Shown in pieces: positions 13,441 through 27,333 of a stretch of DNA of 64,000 nucleotides. The notes below the pieces were generated by a model. That model was given only the letters and a program-made list of their open reading frames with translations, ran no database searches and was not told where the DNA came from. The first letter of the stretch is position 1. Every line of letters begins with the position of its first letter. Location: assembly GCF_009914755.1 (NCBI RefSeq), contig NC_060928.1, one strand, 5' to 3'. The translations under genes and the position numbers were made by a program. The stretch is from the human T2T-CHM13v2.0 reference genome, Homo sapiens.

Positions 13441-15533
13441 GCCAATTCCTTCGTTAACTTATTGATTATTTCTAAAGAAGCATCCTTAAGCCCAGAGAAG
13501 TAAGATGAACACAGAGAGATCTTAGCCATACAGCAGAACCAAGACTAATTTCTTGATGGCTGAGTCCTATGTTCTTTCCTTTGCATATAAAAATACCTAA
13601 TAAAATATCCCTTTTTATATCTGTATATCAATGCATAGACCGTGGTATTGGGTAGACAGTTTCAGCTATGCTGTGCATTCAATTTGCACCCATTCTCTTT
13701 TCTTCCCTTGTCTTCTTGCCTTCTCCTTTGCATTCTCATTTTTTTTCCTTCTCCTCTTCCCTTGCTAAGTTGCAATGCTGTATTTGCTTTTCTTTAATTT
13801 ATTTTCACAGCAAGAGTGCCTCTGGCTGCCAGCCAAACTTTACTTTATGTAAGGGAGACAGTGCTGTTTGTTATGTGGAATGTTGCTGTTTTCTGTTCTT
13901 GGAAAAGTCAAACCGAGAGTATATTCAGCCAGCAATTTCTTCAGCTGATTTGGATGAGGTATTTCTTCCTAAAAATTTCCTTCATAAAGTGACTTCAAGC
14001 AAGCTCAGCCTCTTGCACTCAACTGGATTTTGAATTGCGATTAGATTGGCTTTCCAGTCAGAAATATATTAATTTAATCTCCTAAACTTCTACTTCCCTG
14101 CCTCATTTTTTAAAATATACTTAACCATGGGCAGCCATTTTATCCTCATGATTTTCCAGTCCCTTGTGTCATGTTATGCTCACAGAATACATCCAGACAA
14201 AACCAAATGCATACAATCAATTATTACTTAAAGCAGCGTTCAGGGAGACATTTGCTAACCAAGTAATATTTGGAAAATATGAGTTATGGTTAACCACAAG
14301 GCCTAATGGTTACTGACTTCCCAAGGTAACTTAATGAAAAGAGGAAATTTTTTAAGCTCATTATTTTTAGTAACTAACACTCAAAATGGTACCCTTGAGC
14401 TCTGGTTAAACAGGTGTATAAGCCGTAATACAAAATAAAAATGCAAAATATAATTTCTCTGTGAATGTCATGCATATATATATATATATATATACATATT
14501 CAGTTAAAAATGTGTTACTTTGTGCATTTTCTATAGTCTTTTCCCCATACAAATAGCTTCAAATATGTTTTCTCAAAATTTTATTTACCTATAATTTAGA
14601 CCTGTATATCATCATTTACATGTGTTTGACAAATCTGTTTTTTAATGTCTCTTGACTAGGATTTTGTGTTTTAGCTTCTTAGCCACACTTTTAGCTCCAG
14701 TTTTCTTTGAGAAGGCTGACTATACTTTTTGAAGTGTTACTTTGGAAATAAATTTAAATTTCTTCTCCTTGTCTGTTTATAGAAAATAAATATTAGTCTT
14801 ATTCTGTATCTTTTTAGGTACAAAATTAACCATCCTTTTCTAGGTTTCACTTAATCAAATACCATCCATGTGTATACTTAGTTTTTCTCCTATGAAACTT
14901 TAAACAAGTATAGTTGTATGAACTTTAATTTTGACATATCACAAGAGGTCAATATTGAGTGCAAATTAGTTAGATTAAAATGTTGGATGTTTGCATTGAA
15001 AGGATTTGCTTTTCAAAAACCTCAGGAACAAATTAATTCAGAATGTAGCTCACCTTTGAGCATAAGTGAGCTACAGTTGAATATATAATACCTAATTCAG
15101 TTTTCACCTGGGTGTTTTCAACTTGAATCTATTTTTTAGCTGCACTTGATAAGTACATTGGAGTGGCTTTTGAAATGGAATCAAAGTCAAGTGCAAATTC
15201 TTCCTGAAAATGAACATCATATTTCCACATTTAACTTGATTGTTTACAAAAATTTATATGCACACAGAAGGATTGTCTTCAGAACCTTTGAAAATGTCAG
15301 CCTATATGAGTAGATAGATAAATGGCTAGAATTGTTAGATATTGATAGCACTTCTATTCAATTTTTAAAAAATGTATCTATAGTTCAACCCTATGTTTTC
15401 CATACACACATTTTAGTCAAAACTTTTCACTTATTTGTACACTTCAGGTATTTTGAGATTTGTCACTAAATTGAAAATTTAAACAAATAGACAGATTCAA
15501 GTTAGGCAATTGGCTATATGAGTAGCTTCAACA

Positions 15534-16426
15534 TGATAGGGACCGGGGGCAGAGAAATTCTAGGCAGACAAGGGCAGGTCCCTGGCAAAGCTCCACCCTC
15601 AAGCTGAAAAGCCTGAGACCTGGAACAAAGTGAAAACTTATATCCGTTTTCCCACTCCAAAGTTGCCTTTTCCTGAACCACCCATGGCTCCATCCTGCCC
15701 CATTCTGTGCCTATAAAGACCCCAGATTCCTCTGGCTGAAAGTAGAAGGAGCTGGACTTAGGAGACTATGGCTGGACATCGGAGAGAAGGGTCAGTTTGA
15801 TGGAATAATTCTGGAAAAGAATCTGGCTGTCTTCAGGGGATGATTACCTTCCCTCCCCAGCCCCTTTTCAGCTCCCCTTCCCAGCTCCCTTTCCCACTGA
15901 AAGCTACTTGAATCACCAATAAAATCCCCTTCATTTGCCATCCTTTAATTAGTTCCTGCGACCTCATTTCTCCTGGACACAGACAAGAGCTCAGGAGCCA
16001 CAAGTGCTGATACAAAAGGGCCCACTGAGCTGTGAACACTTAAGCCATCCACGGATGGCAGAGCTAAAAGAGTGCTGTAACACTCCCTCTGGGGCTTCAG
16101 GGGGTCATGGGCACCCGCAGAAAAGATGCTGCCACAGGGCCCACACTCCCATGCTCCTGCTGGCGCCCAAAACTGCTCTCCCTGGCTCCTGCAGCCACTC
16201 ACTTGCATGCTCTCTCCCATGAGGGTGGAATGCAGTGGGTCTCAGTTACTGGAGTTCGCCCCTGCTGGTGCTAGAGCAGCCAGCTGGTTCCAGTGCTCCT
16301 GCACTCCAGTTCCTGTCCCATTGGCTCACGCACTCCCTCCTGTGGGGAGTTGAGAGCTGTGGGCTGAGTAAAGGAGGCATCCCCTTCATGAGTCCTGTGT
16401 AGGGATCAGGGAAACGTCCTGCTTCA
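15534..16426 (+). mobile_element. Solo ERV1-class LTR, LTR27-like, ~890 bp
   Basis: TGATAGGGACCGGGGGCAGAGAAATTCTAGGCAG...CCTGCTTCA termini, TATA-like cctataaag near 15710, AATAAA near 15918. Flanks aaca/aata match at 3 of 4 bases (possible TSD). Confidence 0.85.
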
Positions 16427-18699
16427 AATACACGTATATGTAAGAAAGACCACATTTCATTATATTTTTAACCAAATTCGATTGGATTCAACTACTACCT
16501 GCTAGGAATAACAGGATAGATAATCTCTTCTATTGGCAGCAAATGAGGTTCTCACTTCTGTGGGAATTAAAATATAGTTAATTAATTAATTAAATTGAAA
16601 TGGTGAATAAGCAACCTAAGACAATTAGATAAGTAACTCTGATTTTTATTTTACTATGTCCATAGTTCAGGCGGAAATATAAATAACATCTTGTGATTTT
16701 CCTATAGATCTAAGGAGTTATTCTAGGAAAGAAATAGGCCCTATATGAAATCTAGATGACTGGGTTGCAATATTATTTTTTCCAGTGGTGAGAATAGAAG
16801 GCTATTTATACATTTCAATGTATGGAGTAAAGGCAGAGTCATCCAAGACCATTATCCTGAGCGAAAGGAGATGACACTGTAGTGGCACATAAAGCCTATA
16901 GCTCTTAACAAATGAAGTTGCCGTTTCTTTGTTTTTTATTAGCACAATGAAAAAGAAGTAGAAATATGAACATCCATCTGTTTATGTATTTTACATTTTT
17001 CATAGGTTTTTAAGTTTCATATACAAGAAAAGATAGCATTTCAGTAAATATTTTAAAATATCTAAAATATATATTTTTATTAAATTCCATTATAGCTCTA
17101 TGATCAATCATATGGCATAGAATAATTTCAGAGTAATAAACAATATAATACATTGTGATTTTATAAGCCTATGTTACTTTTCATCAAAGTTCCAAGTATC
17201 ATAATCATTAATGCAATTTATTATATTTAGCCTTAAATCAGTCTCATCTTTTCTAAAAACAAAAAAAAAGAGCCTCAAACATACCTTCAAAAATCAGTAT
17301 TTCTAAAAATGATGTCAGTCTAAACATTCCATTAATATTAATTCACGGAAATTTCTTTAAAACATTCCACAGTGTTTCAACACTTTGTAGGTAATTTTCT
17401 TTTTCTTTTTTTCCCAAGTAATAAATTTCAAATCTATTCTGCCTTCTATCACCAAGAAAGCAGATATGTAGTCTCCAAGACAGTACACACTCATGAGCAT
17501 AAATTTAATTTAGATGTTTAAATGTCAGCATATTTTTAACCAGAGGAACAATGACAAAGATCAGTTTATCCAATAGTTAGATAGTCGTAGTATCCAAACT
17601 CTAAGAGTGATTATTTAACTGAGAACAAGAGTGAGTTTTCTGTTGGGTGAATTCTTTTCCTTCATAATAAGAAAATTTTCTGAAACCTGGCCCTATGATC
17701 AATAAAAAATTATGTATTTCTCATGTATTACTTTGCATTATTGTCATAAGCAAAGATTTTAATGTGCACTTTTCATAAAAGCATGTACAGTTCTCTAAAA
17801 AATTTACTTTAGTCTACAAGATGCTTTTAAATAAGTTAGAGTTGGACTGTATTTGCCTCAGTGGAAGGGACCTAATTTCAATTTTCAGTACTATAATACT
17901 GAATTAAGTCTTCCCATGAGAAGGCATCTTAGTAAAATTTTTATTTTTATTTTTAATAATAATTTTAATTTTAATAATAATTTCATTATGTGAATAAAAC
18001 ATAAAATCCAGAAGAAAATTATGCTCATATTTGTGAATTTGTTATCATTCTTTTATTTTTATTATACTCTAATCATTTTAGGGCAAAAGTTATTTGTTTG
18101 CTTAGATTGGAACATTAATCTATCGATGATTAAAATATGTTACATGTATATTAATGTAAGACATCTTATTTTCCCCTTAGAAAAACATTTCTGAGAAATG
18201 GAAGAGTCATCTTTCACTTAATTCCTTACAAATTATATCATATGAATAGGCATTGTCTCAATTACTTCATTTTAAATAACGTTTGTGAAAGATGCATTAA
18301 TTTGAAATCTCAGTCAAAGCTAATGTTTAGTGCTTACAGTGGTTATCTGAAAAAATCCATCAAAATAAGAGATGAACAGGATTATCTTGCAATCATCAAT
18401 GCTGGGCCTTTATATTACAATTTTAAGTAGACGTTGCTGCTATATTAACGATTAATTTAAAGGACAATGGAGTTAAGCTCTGTTGGAGAATCTTGCAATA
18501 AGCCAAAGCAATCACCAAGAACAATTAGAAAAGTTGGAAAGCAAAACAAACATAAGACATGATTGGAAGCAATAGGGGAAAGGTTGAGGCAAACAAATGC
18601 AGAAACCAATATCTTAGAGAGTAAGTGGGGAAACTTGAAAGGGTGAGAAGGTTCTCCATCACCAGACTTTCTACCTCAAGGCATATGTTTATTTTTAGT

Positions 18700-21100
18700 G
18701 CTAATCCCCTTAGATGGCTGCTAAGAGACAAAGAATTAGCAGAAACATAGGTAATCTAAGTAAGTACAGATACCCCAAAATCAATTATGTGGTAGTCACA
18801 GTAGCTGGGAGCTGGATATGAAGGTGAGACCCCTATCAGAAGAAAGAGACATGGAAATGGGTCTGAAACTCATACAGTGTTTCACCATGAGGCTTTAGCC
18901 AAAAGAGGTTAAAAAGTCAGGCAGAAAGCAGCTGACAGGCAGAATAGAGTTCTAGACTTTCTTAATGCCAAGGCGATTGAAAATTAAGTTCAAAACCTTC
19001 CAAGAGAATACTGGCAAACACTGCAGAATTCAGTTAGAAACCCTGAAAGGCTGCCAAAAGAGTAGAGAGGTAAACCTGTAGGTAGGTTGACCCTTCTAAA
19101 AACTGTAAGTCAAGCTCTGAGTCAGCTCAGTCATAGGCTGATAGAAAGTTCTGCCAGCCTTCCATTCACCTCATAGATGAGGGTGAACTTCATTCAGAGT
19201 CTCCACAATTTATTTTTTTCAATTAATAACATTCAATCCATCAAAATGTAATAGAATGTCAAAAAGAGGGTCCAGTTTAAAAAAAAAAAACACAATATAC
19301 ACAGACCCATTGATGACCCAGGTTTTGGAGTTATAAAATATGGTTTTATAAAATAGCTGTGCTTAATATATTCAAGAAAATTTGTGACAGATGGAAAATT
19401 TCACTAGACACCTTGAATCTAAAATCTATGAGAACATAATCTAATGCAATTCTGAAATTTATAAAAGAATTAAATTCAGAAAAATTAAGAACTATATGAT
19501 GCCTATGACAGAAGATTGAAGACAGCAAAAGAAGAAGCTACTTTATCCACTGAAGAAAGATAAAACTATTAAAAGCACTGGGCCTGAGAATGCAGACGGT
19601 AGACACAAGGGTAAATACAAAGAGAATAAAGAATATAAGCAGCATATGGGACATAAAAGATAAATTTAATGTATGTGTAATTTAAATCCCAGAGGAGGAG
19701 ACAGAAAATGGAACAGAAACATCATTTGAAGAGAAAATGACTACAATTTTGCAAAAGTAATAAAAGATATTGAGTCACAGATCAAGGACTATGAGCCCAA
19801 AGCTCCACGAAGAAAAAACCAACAACAAAGTCCACAACTAGTTATATCTTCGTAAAACTTCTGAAAACTTACAAAAAAAGAAAAACAGAAATCAATCAAG
19901 ATTAACTTCAAAGAAGAAACAGTAGAAGACATAGCTGACTTCACACACACACACAAATGGAATTCAGAAAAGAATAGGATGATATTTTTAAAGTGCTGAA
20001 AGACAGTAACTCTTATTTTATAGTTCCAGATAAATTATTTTCCAAATGTAAATGGGAAATAACATCATTTAAAAACTAACATAAAACTAAATTTGAACAT
20101 ATTCTTTCTCCAAGAATATCTGTTCTAAAGAGATGGAAACAAGGAAAATGATCTCAGCTGGAAAAAAGATACTTAGGATAAAAAGCAGAGTGATAAAAGT
20201 CACTATGTGATAAATATACCTGAATATTGGCTATCTAAAATAATATATTCTCCACTAGAATTTTAAATATATGTAAAAATAACACTAATGATCATAACAC
20301 AAGAAGCAGGGATGACCAGCACTTTGGGAGGCTGAGGCGAGCAGATCACCTGAGGTCGGGAGTTCAAGACCAGCCTTAGCAACGTGGTGAAACTCTGTCT
20401 CTACTAAAAACACAAAATTAGCTGGGCGTGCTGGGGCATGCCTGTAATCCCAGCTACTTGGGAGGCTGAGGCAGGAGAATTGCTTAAACCGGGGGAGGCA
20501 GAGGTTGTGGGGAGCCAAGATCGCTCCATTGCCACCCCTGCCTGAGCAGCAAGAGTGAAACTCTGTCTCAAAAAAAAAAAAAAGTTTTCTAGTGCTGTCT
20601 TGGAAGTTGAAAAATAGTAATTTTTATTACTGAAATATATAAATTAATAATTATTAGTAGTGATTTATTTATTGATAATACCAATGACTAATAAAGCATT
20701 GATGCATAATGTATTGCTTAAAATAAGCACTAAAATACTATTAAAATAAGTAAAACATTATGAGAGAAAAGTAGAATAACTGAATATTGTGAATAAATCA
20801 AAATACGACCATAAAAGAACAAAAGGAGAACAAAAATTAGAAGAGTTAATGAAAAATAAATAGCAACAAGGTAGTTAGTTATAAATGAATTATCCCTAAT
20901 TGGATTAAGTTTATATGGAATAAAATGCTTAAATTATTAAGACTGTCTGATTGTTTTTTAAATGTACTTCTTACAAGATACCCATGATAAATACAGGGAT
21001 ATAACAATTCTGAAAATAAAAGAATAAAAAATATAAACAAAGAAAACACTAACAGAAATCTAGTGTAACTATACTGATATCAGACAAAATGGAGTACAGA
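18700..21100 (+). mobile_element. Old L1M 5'/ORF1 to ORF2-start remnant, interrupted by an Alu
   Basis: A-rich strand with ORF1-like motifs (tcccagaggaggagacagaaaatggaacagaaacatcatttgaagagaaaatgac; gatatttttaaagtgctgaaag) and endonuclease-region ctatactgatatcagacaaaat. Confidence 0.7.
20316..20583 (+). mobile_element. AluSp-like, missing the first ~30 nt
   Basis: Begins at ccagcactttgggagg. Contains gtcgggagttc, caaaattagc and gcaagagtgaaactc diagnostics, and a poly(A) tail. Confidence 0.93.
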
Positions 21101-21399
21101 AGAAGCATTTATTTATCTGTCTTTAATGGGAACCTGCTCATTGAACATTTGATCTTAGGAAAACAGTAATGGAGTTCATGATGAATAACATAATATTGAT
21201 AACATAGTGCTTATCTTTCCCTCAACCCCAGTAATCTTTCATTACAAATTATTTCTTCTGCCTTGTGTATAAAATGTCTTCTTTTAAAGTATGATCCTAC
21301 TACTCATTGAAAAAAAAGCCTTATATCGTCACATTACAAAATAATAAGTACATTAATATAAAATGACCTCACTTCCTATTTCCCTTCATCAAAAATTTA

Positions 21400-21720
21400 A
21401 TTTTTCTTAGCCGCCAAACTTCTGAAGCCATATTTTGTAGCAATTATTTTCATATCCTCACCTTCTATGCACTTTCAACCCATTCCAAAATGGGTTCAAG
21501 CCATTGGAAAGTGCTTACTCATGTCACAGTGCCCCTCAGCCACTAAATCCAATGGACAGTTTTTAGTCATCTTGTTTTCCACCTACATAGCATTCAAGAT
21601 TGTAATGGATTATTTCTGAAACTCTTCAAATCCTTTTCATGACACTAGTGTCCCTTCCCCCATTTCTCACTAATTTTCTCCAGGCTGCTTTGTTAGTTCT
21701 TCTTTTTTTTACACAACTAA
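21400..21720 (+). mobile_element. L2 fragment
   Basis: cttactcatgtcacagtgcccctc...ctaaatccaatggacagtttttagtcatc. Confidence 0.6.
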
Positions 21721-23539
21721 TAAACCAATCTTGGGTCAAATTACTGGGTGAGAAATTGGCATAAATTTCACATTACAACATATATAGACAGTCCTCAAGA
21801 CCCTTTAATATTCAAATTTTTTAAATAAGTAAACTTTAGCCTCCACAACTTATTACACTGAAAGTTGCATGCCAAAATATTAGTCTACATTTTTAATAAA
21901 GAAGCTCATACAAAATAAGCCAAGCCTACATCTGAAAAATAAGACTTTTAAAAACATATTTCTTCATTTTATAAACAAAATATAATAGTTTCATTCAAAT
22001 TTGAGAATGAAATCTGTGTAACCCAAAACAATATCAATCCTAAATAACTGACATTTCGAAACAGTGATTAAGATCAGGAAATATTGGAAGATAAAATGCA
22101 GTTTTATTTCTCAAAGCTAAGTTTGTTTATCTAAATTAGAACATGACCTGTATAAATACATATTTACACATTTAAAGCACAGGAATTTTTCTATATTAGC
22201 TCACCAGTTCTGTTTTAGTACGGAAACCAAAGCATTTATAAGTTAGGAATGGGATGCTTAGGTCTGCCTAGAAGAGACTGCACAAAAGAAAAACCCTGGA
22301 TTCTTCTTAAAAACTCCCAACCTTTGATGCATTTACAAATCTAGCACATTTGGATTTGCCATTTGACTATAAGTAATGGAAGGAACATTAAAGCTATTTC
22401 TGTACAGTAAAAAATGTCAGCTAAGAATGATTTCAATGACTTAAATTTCACATGTTCTAGGAAATTGCTTATATAACAATCAGCCATTTGAAGTGGGAAA
22501 AATTCTCTGAAATCACCAGAAAATTGTTGTGTCTTAGATGGCATTCATGTATTCCAGATTCGTTGTTAACATTTGAAGGGTAGTTTCCCATTTTACTCAT
22601 TAGTGTTGTTTTTTGAACGTCTAACTTATTTTTCAAAATTGTTGATTTATTCTAACTACTTCTCTGTTTTTAGTTTGTATTATGATAATAAAATGTTATT
22701 TTATTTCTTTTTCTGCCCCAATTACTATTTTATATCATAATACTCTAGATATATTGTATAATACTCCCAATACTAGCAAACACTTAAACATTTTAATTTC
22801 AACATAGTTTTGTAAGAAAATGAATTATCACTATTATGTGTTTCTCAGTTCCTAGAACTTAATAGGAACTCTTCTACAAATAATAACTCAATAGGTATAT
22901 GTTGTATACCTGAAGAAACACACGCAGTAATTTGATTGACCAACCTGAGAGACTATTGAGACATGTAAAATGCAACTTGTGGTCCTCGAGTGAACATATT
23001 TTCTCTACGGGCCAGTCAACCACACTTGAAGCTTGGGTATTTGATAGTAGTAATTTATTAATTTTTAAAATTATTTTGACTGGCCATTATTTGAGCAACA
23101 CATTATCAAATAGTTCAGAAAAATAAGAAACTATATTGATAGTTCTTGTAACTATTCTGTATGCTTAAAATTAATTTAAACTAAAAAATATGCAATCACA
23201 TTAACCTGAGTCTATGGAGTTAAATTAAAAACCTAAAAGTGTATCACATATATAACATATCACAAAAGTCTCTAGTAAACACAATTCGTGTTATGCTTAA
23301 ATACCACTATTTACATGGTTAAATATTAAATTCTGTTAATGATACATTTTAAATGTTCATAATGAATGTTTTCATTCTATGAGGAAAACATTTTTAATTG
23401 TTTTGATAAATATTTATCAGAAATAATTATTTTATATAATCATATATAAAAATGTAGAAAATCAGTTTAAATGGGTATATTACATTGAATAATAAAATGA
23501 CATAATAAATCTAGTAAATATACCTCTTACTATGTAACA

Positions 23540-23700
23540 TTAACTATTCGGAATACCTTATATACATCAAATGATTTTATTCCCATTGATACTTTAGAAG
23601 AGTTATTAATGCCTATTTTGCAGAAGAGAAAACTGTAAGGCCGAGTACTATACAGGTAGTTGCCAATTCCTGTAACTGGCCAATGTACCTTAAGTTGGGC
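23540..23700 (-). mobile_element. MIR fragment
   Basis: ttattaatgcctattttgcagaagagaaaactg core. Confidence 0.55.
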
Positions 23701-24360
23701 AAAATACGGTAATAGCAACAGAAGAGGGTGGAAATAGATCCTTGAGACTTTTCATTTCCTAGTTCCTTTCAGTTCATATTTGAATCAGTTGAGAGAAATA
23801 TTTGTGCTCAGATATTTGTGTTCCATCAATATCTGCTCAGCTTTATTGAATGAAATATCAAACTTTAGGTTACTGAGAAGTCTGAATCCTTTAATAAGCA
23901 AGCATTCTATATTATCCTTAGAATGATAAAAGAAAAAAATTACTGTAAACTTGTATTTGTTTTAAATTACCTCATTTATTAAATTATTTGTATAATAATG
24001 GCAGTTATATTAATAAAAATAATAAATCTATTTTTATAGATAAGAAAATATTTTCCTAATCTAAAATGTATTTTGTTATTTAGCAGGTCAAATCATTTAG
24101 TAACAAGAAAAAAGAAATACTAACATTGATAGCTTATTTTACTGTGATTTGTGTCTGTCAAATAGAAAACTTTCTTTCCCAACAAAATATTATGTGAAAC
24201 ACCCCAGTCTTAGCCCCATTTAGGGGATATGGCTCCTGGCAGTCAATCTTTATAAGTTTATATAAATATGAGTATTATATATTTTCACAATACCCATCTA
24301 AATTGGATATAATACATTTTCATTAAACAATATTTTAGTGAATGTGGCAACCACGGCAAA

Positions 24361-24373
24361 ATCATCATCATCA

Positions 24374-24417
<44 letters not shown>

Positions 24418-24432
24418 ACAGTCTCTCTCTCT
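24361..24432. repeat. Compound microsatellite (ATC)n-(CA)n-(TC)n
   Basis: Seen directly in the sequence. Confidence 0.95.
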
Positions 24433-24739
24433 GGAGAAATTGGCATTCCTTCACCTTGCAATAGAAGATTATCCCAGAGGCTTTCACTGAGCAATCAAAA
24501 AGGAAGATACTTGTACCCCTCAGACAAAGCACTACTCTGGAAAGAACTGGAACGCCTGACAGGGCAACAGTGCTTAGGAGAAATAACAGTAATACCCATA
24601 CATGCATGTGTGAGAGTGGCAGGAGAAGAATAAGGCAACATTGCCTGCACTATGATGGCTGAAGGGAATTCTTTCTGAGAACGTGTGAGACAACTGCTAG
24701 TGACTGCCAGGAATTCTTGGGGCATTTTCAGGTTTGAAC

Positions 24740-25765
24740 ATTTCTCCTGTACTCCTGTATTTGTCTGCCTCCTCGCAATTTCCACCTGGATATTGAAGTT
24801 ATCTAAACCTAACGGGTTCAAAATAAAGCATCTGATGCTCTTCAAGCCACCCTATCCAACCTTGACTTCTCTATTTCTATCACACTGTATATCCAATCCA
24901 CAGGCACCTCTGATAGATCTAATTTCAACATCTATTCAGAATATGTCCATTTCTCACCACCATGTCGAGCTCTCATCTTCTTTCACTGGAGTCCTACACT
25001 AAATTGTCCCTTAACAGGTCTTCATGCTTATACTGTCTCCTCAGTCTACTCTCAACACAGATCCTTTCCAAATCATCTTTGGGTTGTATCACTTCTCTGC
25101 TGACACCATCCAGTGACTCTTCATTTCATTTAGATATAATCACAGTCTTTACAATGGTCTACAAAGCACGAAGTCATCTGCCCCCACAGGACCTCTGACT
25201 CTCCTGCCCTGTCCTCCCTCCCTCACTTCGTTCCAGCCACACAGGCTTCCACACTGGCCTCCAAGTGTTCTCTGGCTTCTGTCTGCCTGGGATGTTCTTT
25301 CTCACAACATCTGCTCATGGCTGAATCCCACAATACTGTTGTCAAAGTTTTGCTCAGATGAAACCTCTCTTAATCATTAACACCAAAATCGTTTTTAAAA
25401 ATGTTTTGTACCTTTCCCCCGACTCTCAATTTTCCTTACTCCATCCTAATGTAGCATTTATGCCTCCATAACAGACTATAAAATTTAATCATTTATTGTC
25501 TTACTCTCTCCCCCGTTAGAATTTATGTTTCACAAGGAAACAAAACATTACCTTAGTTTTTAAAAATTGGTTTATATCCAGTTCTTTCTACTGAATGGAT
25601 AAAGAATCTCAGTTGTAACAGGAAGGCAATGATAGGGAATGTATTAAGAAGTTAAAAAAAAAAAAAGAAAAAGAAAAAGAAAAAAATGAGAACCACTGAA
25701 GTCTCAGACTTGATACTATAAAAATAAGATGAGTTTGTCTCCTGCTGAATGAATGAATGGATAAC
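24740..25765 (+). mobile_element. L2 3' portion; its tail is split by a templated insertion
   Basis: tccacctggatat...atctattcagaatatgtccatttctcacc...ttccagccacacagg...ccccgttagaat, ending in a tgaatgaatgaatg tail at about 25745-25760. Confidence 0.75.
25598..25743 (+). repeat. Inverted copy of 27334-27491
   Basis: Manual alignment to the reverse complement shows about 8 substitutions outside the A-tract plus a 16-bp deletion. Confidence 0.93.
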
Positions 25766-27333
25766 TAGATTAAGGAGAGCTGGACATAAAGAGTGAATGG
25801 CGTCATTGATAAGGTGCTCCTGAATATGGTGAGGAAACAATCAACTGATTGTTTTGTTTGTTTGTTTGTTTCACTTTGCCTTATGTAACCACAAAGATCA
25901 AACAGTACCTTTGGGTTAAGGTATTTTCTATAAATATTTTTTAAATGTAAGTGAAGACATTAAAACCAGCAGAGACATATGCTCCTTCTAAATGACAAAT
26001 TAGGCCCTTCTGCGCAACCATGACATTTTTCATATTGTATTTTCAATGTATGTTATACATTATATAGTTTTCTCCAAAAAATTATCTGAACTACATCATT
26101 GTTAACATAGTTGTATGAGGTTTAGTTTATATTCTGTTGAAAACTAAAGAAATATGTATGTGCATTAGATGAAAATAATTATATATAAAATTCTGAATTA
26201 ATTTTTGCAACAATATGTAAATAAGCATGCATGACTATGCCTTCTAAGGCACGATAACAGAACCACAAAAAACCCTCTATAAAATATAAGACCATTAAAT
26301 AGAAGGAGCATATTATCTTTATTTTTCTACACCAACATACAGCATGATGTTAGTACATAATTTTGAGGAATATAGGAGGAAATATATTGAATCAGTATGG
26401 CTTTTTTTGAGATAAGGTAAAACTAACTAGTCTATATGAGTTGGTGTATAGAGGAAAGAAAACAAGACAGTGTAAAAAATAAACCTGTCCAATAGGTTTT
26501 ATTAATTGTTGCTTTTGGAATGGTACAATAGCTCAGCTGTTACCTATCAATGGATATACTAACTTGACAATACATGCTATATAAATGCACTGAATTAAAA
26601 AATAAAAATAATAATGTTCCTTATGAAAACACACCAGACAGACTTATCTTGACCTTAAGAGAGCAAGAGCTCTATTTTGATATTTTGAAATATTTTTTTT
26701 GAATTTTCTGCTTTTATAATTGATTTAATCTTGATTTTATTTGGGGGGAAACTGCAGTAAGGTGTACAGATATGCAAAGTTGTACCTACATAGATAAATA
26801 AGAGATATTTGGGTAAACTTTATAGAGTAGTTTAACAATCACAGACAACATTCATAGTAGTTTTTATATAAAATGCAACCCCTAGTCCATTAAAGCAACT
26901 TACTAGTAGAGTTTCAGAAGAAAGTGTTCTAAGTTGGAAACAGGATTGGAATAATTATTTTGCTTCAGGACAATATCTTAGGCATCGTTTACTTTAATTT
27001 TTAAAAATCCAGCATTCACCATGCCCTGGCTGCCCAAAGATGTAAAAATCAAAAATGAAAATAAAATCCTGGGACACAATTTTCAATGTGAGCTCAGAGC
27101 TTTTGTTTTTTTCACATTACAGAAAATAGCATGAGCTATAGTATTATGTGATATTTGGAAGGGTGGAAGAAAAATCTTGGAAATACCGATTTGCCTCAAA
27201 TTTGGCAAATGTTTAAAACTGATATCATACACTAAAAATCAGAGTAATTAGATCACCTCATGTAGCTACTTAGTATAGTTTAAAGTATCACTGATTAGAT
27301 GGTAGATTTATTTATTGAATTTTTGTTAATCTT

